The notes below the pieces were generated by a model, which had not been told where the DNA came from, made no database searches, and was given only the letters and a program-made list of their open reading frames with translations. Shown here piece after piece: positions 61,027 through 64,000 of a DNA stretch of 64,000 nucleotides. Origin of the DNA: Amphiscolops sp. MND2022 (lineage: Eukaryota); NCBI GenBank assembly GCA_964187785.1, contig OZ076417.1:20522001-20586000 (forward strand). The letters run 5' to 3'. The translations under genes were made by a program, and so were the position numbers. How positions within the stretch are numbered: the first letter of the stretch is position 1; the number at the start of each line of letters is the position of its first letter.

Positions 61027-62024
61027 CTAAATGAAGAAAAAACCATCAACAGACGTACAACCTTAACTTTTGGAATCAACATAAAGATTACTTATTTCCG
61101 AAAAGCTAGAAAAGTTGGCAAAAGTGAGGTTCCCAGTGATAACCAACACCCCGTAAAACTTCATTGAATCTGAGCCAAAAATAGGTAGATTTCTACTTCA
61201 ATTTCCATTTTACACTTAAAACACTCCAAGATTTTCGAATGTTAATTTTTCAATTCACTGTTGCTGCATTGTAGCCCTGATTAAAAACAGAAACATCATT
61301 TTTCATCCAGTGCTTGGATCCAGCTTGATAAGACTGCTGACATGAGTTGAAAGTATTTAAAATATGAACAAGACATCCGCTGAGCAATGTTACATTTCCC
61401 GGCCAACATTATTTTAGCAGTAACATATTTTCGAGACCCGGGCGTCGTCAATGAACTTGCACCAATGGAGAAGCTCGAATTTGTTTTAAAAAATACTTTT
61501 TTTGGCTCATTTGAGGCATTTTTAAAATGGAAATTTCGCTTGTCAAAAATATGCAAATTAAATTATTGTTTTTCCGTTGAACTCTGTCGACTCTATCGAG
61601 GCAAAAAGAATTCAAAAAATGGGACCAAACTCGCAAGGTAGAGGTCGAAAAAAATGTATTTTTACCACTTTTCAAAAAGAATTCAGACATCTTCTTGAAT
61701 TCGTATGCTGCGAACTTCATTTTCGTCGAATTCTGAGGCGTTCACAAAAGTAATTTTCAGTTACAAAACAGAAAATGGAAATATTCGAAAGAAAAACGAG
61801 ACAGGAACCGTTTCAACAAGGCATAGTGGTTAGAGCATACATGAAATGGGGCGGTATCAGGTCCGAAGCTCTCTCAACTCACCATTGTTGGTCCTTAAGC
61901 AAGTCCTTCATCCCTGGGTTAGTGGCAAGAGAAAACCCAACATGTGCTATCCAAAGCACTTGTAAGAGTAGAGTGATTTTGAATGTACAGCTGTCTTGGA
62001 TGGACATGTGTTAAGTAGACGTAC

Positions 62025-62235
62025 CTGGTTGGTGGTTTTGTTTGCCGGCTGTGGCGGCACCTGTAGCGGTGGCTGAGGAGTGACGTGTCTGGTGAAGAGG
62101 TCCACGATCCTGTTCACCTCGCCCGCCACCTGCGAGAGCTGGAGGGGCAGCAGTTGGGGCAGGGGTAGTCCGTGTCTCCGCGCCACACTCAGGTGCATCG
62201 CGATGCAGAACTCGTCCAGTGACAGCAGCCCGTCT
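62025..62235 (-). CDS. REPS-like protein, second half of the EH domain
   Basis: tgcag|A GAC...CAG|gtacgt. Translates DGLLSLDEFCIAMHLSVARRHGLPLPQLLP (EF-hand/EH signature). Confidence 0.92.
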
Positions 62236-62824
62236 CTGCACACAACGCAAAATCAACAAAAAAAAACAGAGAAAGAGTCATGTTCTTTTTTTCAACAAAC
62301 AAACAAATCAACAAAACGTGGGTCAATTCATTGTGTTCCACAATTGTTCGACTGTTTCACAATTTGAGAGCAGTGACACAAAATGGGCAACTTCTGCAAA
62401 AACAAAAATTGTATTTTCCAAATACATGTTTTCAGGATAAAATCGTATTTTTACAAAAATTGCAGAAAAAAAAGTAAAAATAACTCAAAACAATCCGTTT
62501 AATACAAACTGAAAATGGCAGAAAAACCAGAAAGTCGACCTTTCGGTCAGAAGAAAAATTTTTGGTTTAATGAAACAACTGAAAAATCGCGAAGTGCCGA
62601 AAAAAATTAAGGACCCTTGCTCGCTTCCAATAGCATAGATCATGTAAAAATGAGAAAAATTGAAAAGGAGGACCCTTTAGCTCTCGTTAGTACCGACTAC
62701 ACGATTTTAACTGAAAGGGATCTTTCGGAATAAAAATTGTCATCTTACAAAAAAGTTGTCAATGTAACAGTCGGAGACTCTGACATGCAAAAGAGCGCCG
62801 ACTAATAAAAACACTGCAACTAAC

Positions 62825-62970
62825 TGGTTGACGTCAGAGAGGTCCCAGATGTGTGAGAGGGACTCTGTGTCGAGCTGCGACTGCGAGAAGAACACCCTGC
62901 CCACATTGGCATCCACGAAGCTGAACAGATCAGGCTGCAACCGGGAGAACTGTTTGGCATAATAAACCAC
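62825..62970 (-). CDS. REPS-like protein, first half of the EH domain (upstream exons not in window)
   Basis: tgtag|GTG...CA|gttagt. Translates VVYYAKQFSRLQPDLFSFVDANVGRVFFSQSQLDTESLSHIWDLSDVN; YYxxQFxxxQPD and LSHIWxLSD are typical of the REPS central EH domain. Confidence 0.9.
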
Positions 62971-64000
62971 CTACACACAAATGGAATAATAATTAGTTGC
63001 CTCCCCAGAGTCGAAATATTCAGAATCGAAAATTGCAACTGAAATTTCCAGGGTCAAATTATTTAGGATCGAATTTTACAGGGTACTATAGCAATGGTAT
63101 AATATGAATGAAATTTTTGATCCTAGACAATTTTGTGCATTTATTTATCCTACATAATTCGACTCTACACAGCAATCCCATAATAATTTAATTTATCTGC
63201 AGAGTGTAAGTAAATAAGCAAACATGGTTATAGAAACTTACAAATAAAGCATCAAGGAAGAGACTCCAAAGGGCTAATGCCCGCTTGAATGGAAGCCTCA
63301 AATTGGAGAAACGTAAAAACAAGAAAGATAAGGTTTGTTGAAACATTTTTGAAAGAAACCCCATTATACAATTAGAAGACTGGATTAGTAAAGAAACGTT
63401 TTTCCAGCCAGACACCTCAATGGGAAAAAGAATAAAGTGAATGAAATACATATTTTTCAAGACCTATCAATAGTAAATATTATTCACAAGATCCCAAAAT
63501 GAGACGATAAGACGATGTCTTCAATATCTAGAATGATCATGATCGCTACACTCCAATAAATCAATATAGAACTTTCCAAAAGGCAAACCCAGCTGTGCGT
63601 CGTATGCTAATTTGGAAACTTTTCCTGAGAACTTTCACAGATGGCATTTCAAAAAAGTCGCACAGTGCCGAAAAACTGTAAGGGGGACCATTTGGCATTT
63701 TTCAACATCCATTCTGTTGCAAAACTCCGAAAAAAATGGGACCCTTTAGTTTCGCCCGGTATTGTGTTACGCGGCAAAAAAGAAAAACTATTTTGATTTT
63801 GTTCGCTAGGCCAAATGGTTCAATTTGACACCATAAAATTTTGTAGAGCTTGTAGAACTATTTTGGTCACTTCAGGTGTATCGAATTTAAAAAAAAACAC
63901 TGACGAAAAGCCATGACTATTAAAAAACAATGACATTTGTAAACAAGTTCCAAATCAGAGAAATTTTTGTGCAACTAAACTCTAATCTTTTAAAGAACTT

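Noticed and set aside
61878-61915. Micro-exon candidate (cccag|...|gtgagt) in the REPS-like intron
   Set aside because: Phase-0 entry gives an immediate stop (GGA TGA), and the flanking exons join directly in phase 0.
63188-63460. 90-aa minus-strand ORF as an upstream REPS exon
   Set aside because: Hydrophobic AT-rich composition with no REPS motifs or convincing splice sites.

Overview
Eukaryotic, AT-rich and repeat-dense genomic DNA, most likely from an invertebrate animal (inferred from spliceosomal introns, gene content and TE types; the species cannot be determined from the sequence). Three spliced host genes were reconstructed by hand, with consistent splice phases. (1) The last three coding exons of an ELOVL fatty-acid elongase (+, 7976-19607). 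(2) A complete 7-exon, 377-aa J-domain co-chaperone of the plant ARG1-like type (-, 41644-58480), with one GC-AG intron and a 13-kb intron. (3) The last three coding exons of a REPS1/2-like EH-domain protein (-, 60280-62970). Inside the 13-kb DnaJ intron, on the opposite strand, is an intact 79-aa ORF for a secreted peptide with two 4-Cys modules (49843-50082), and a truncated duplicate of it. The rest is transposon material: a full-length Ty3/gypsy element with a 5-bp TSD and TG...TA ends (12-5883), and a second, older gypsy (8931-17313) within a four-level nest of insertions in the ELOVL intron. There are also at least four families of non-autonomous Helentron/DINE-1-like elements, two 5'-truncated LINEs, MITEs, and a 1.8-kb tandem duplication joining a BEL/Pao integrase relic to an unidentified ORF relic. 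Several other decayed ORFs remain unassigned. No rRNA, intact tRNA or CRISPR array was seen. All family assignments come from motif recognition by eye; no database search was run.
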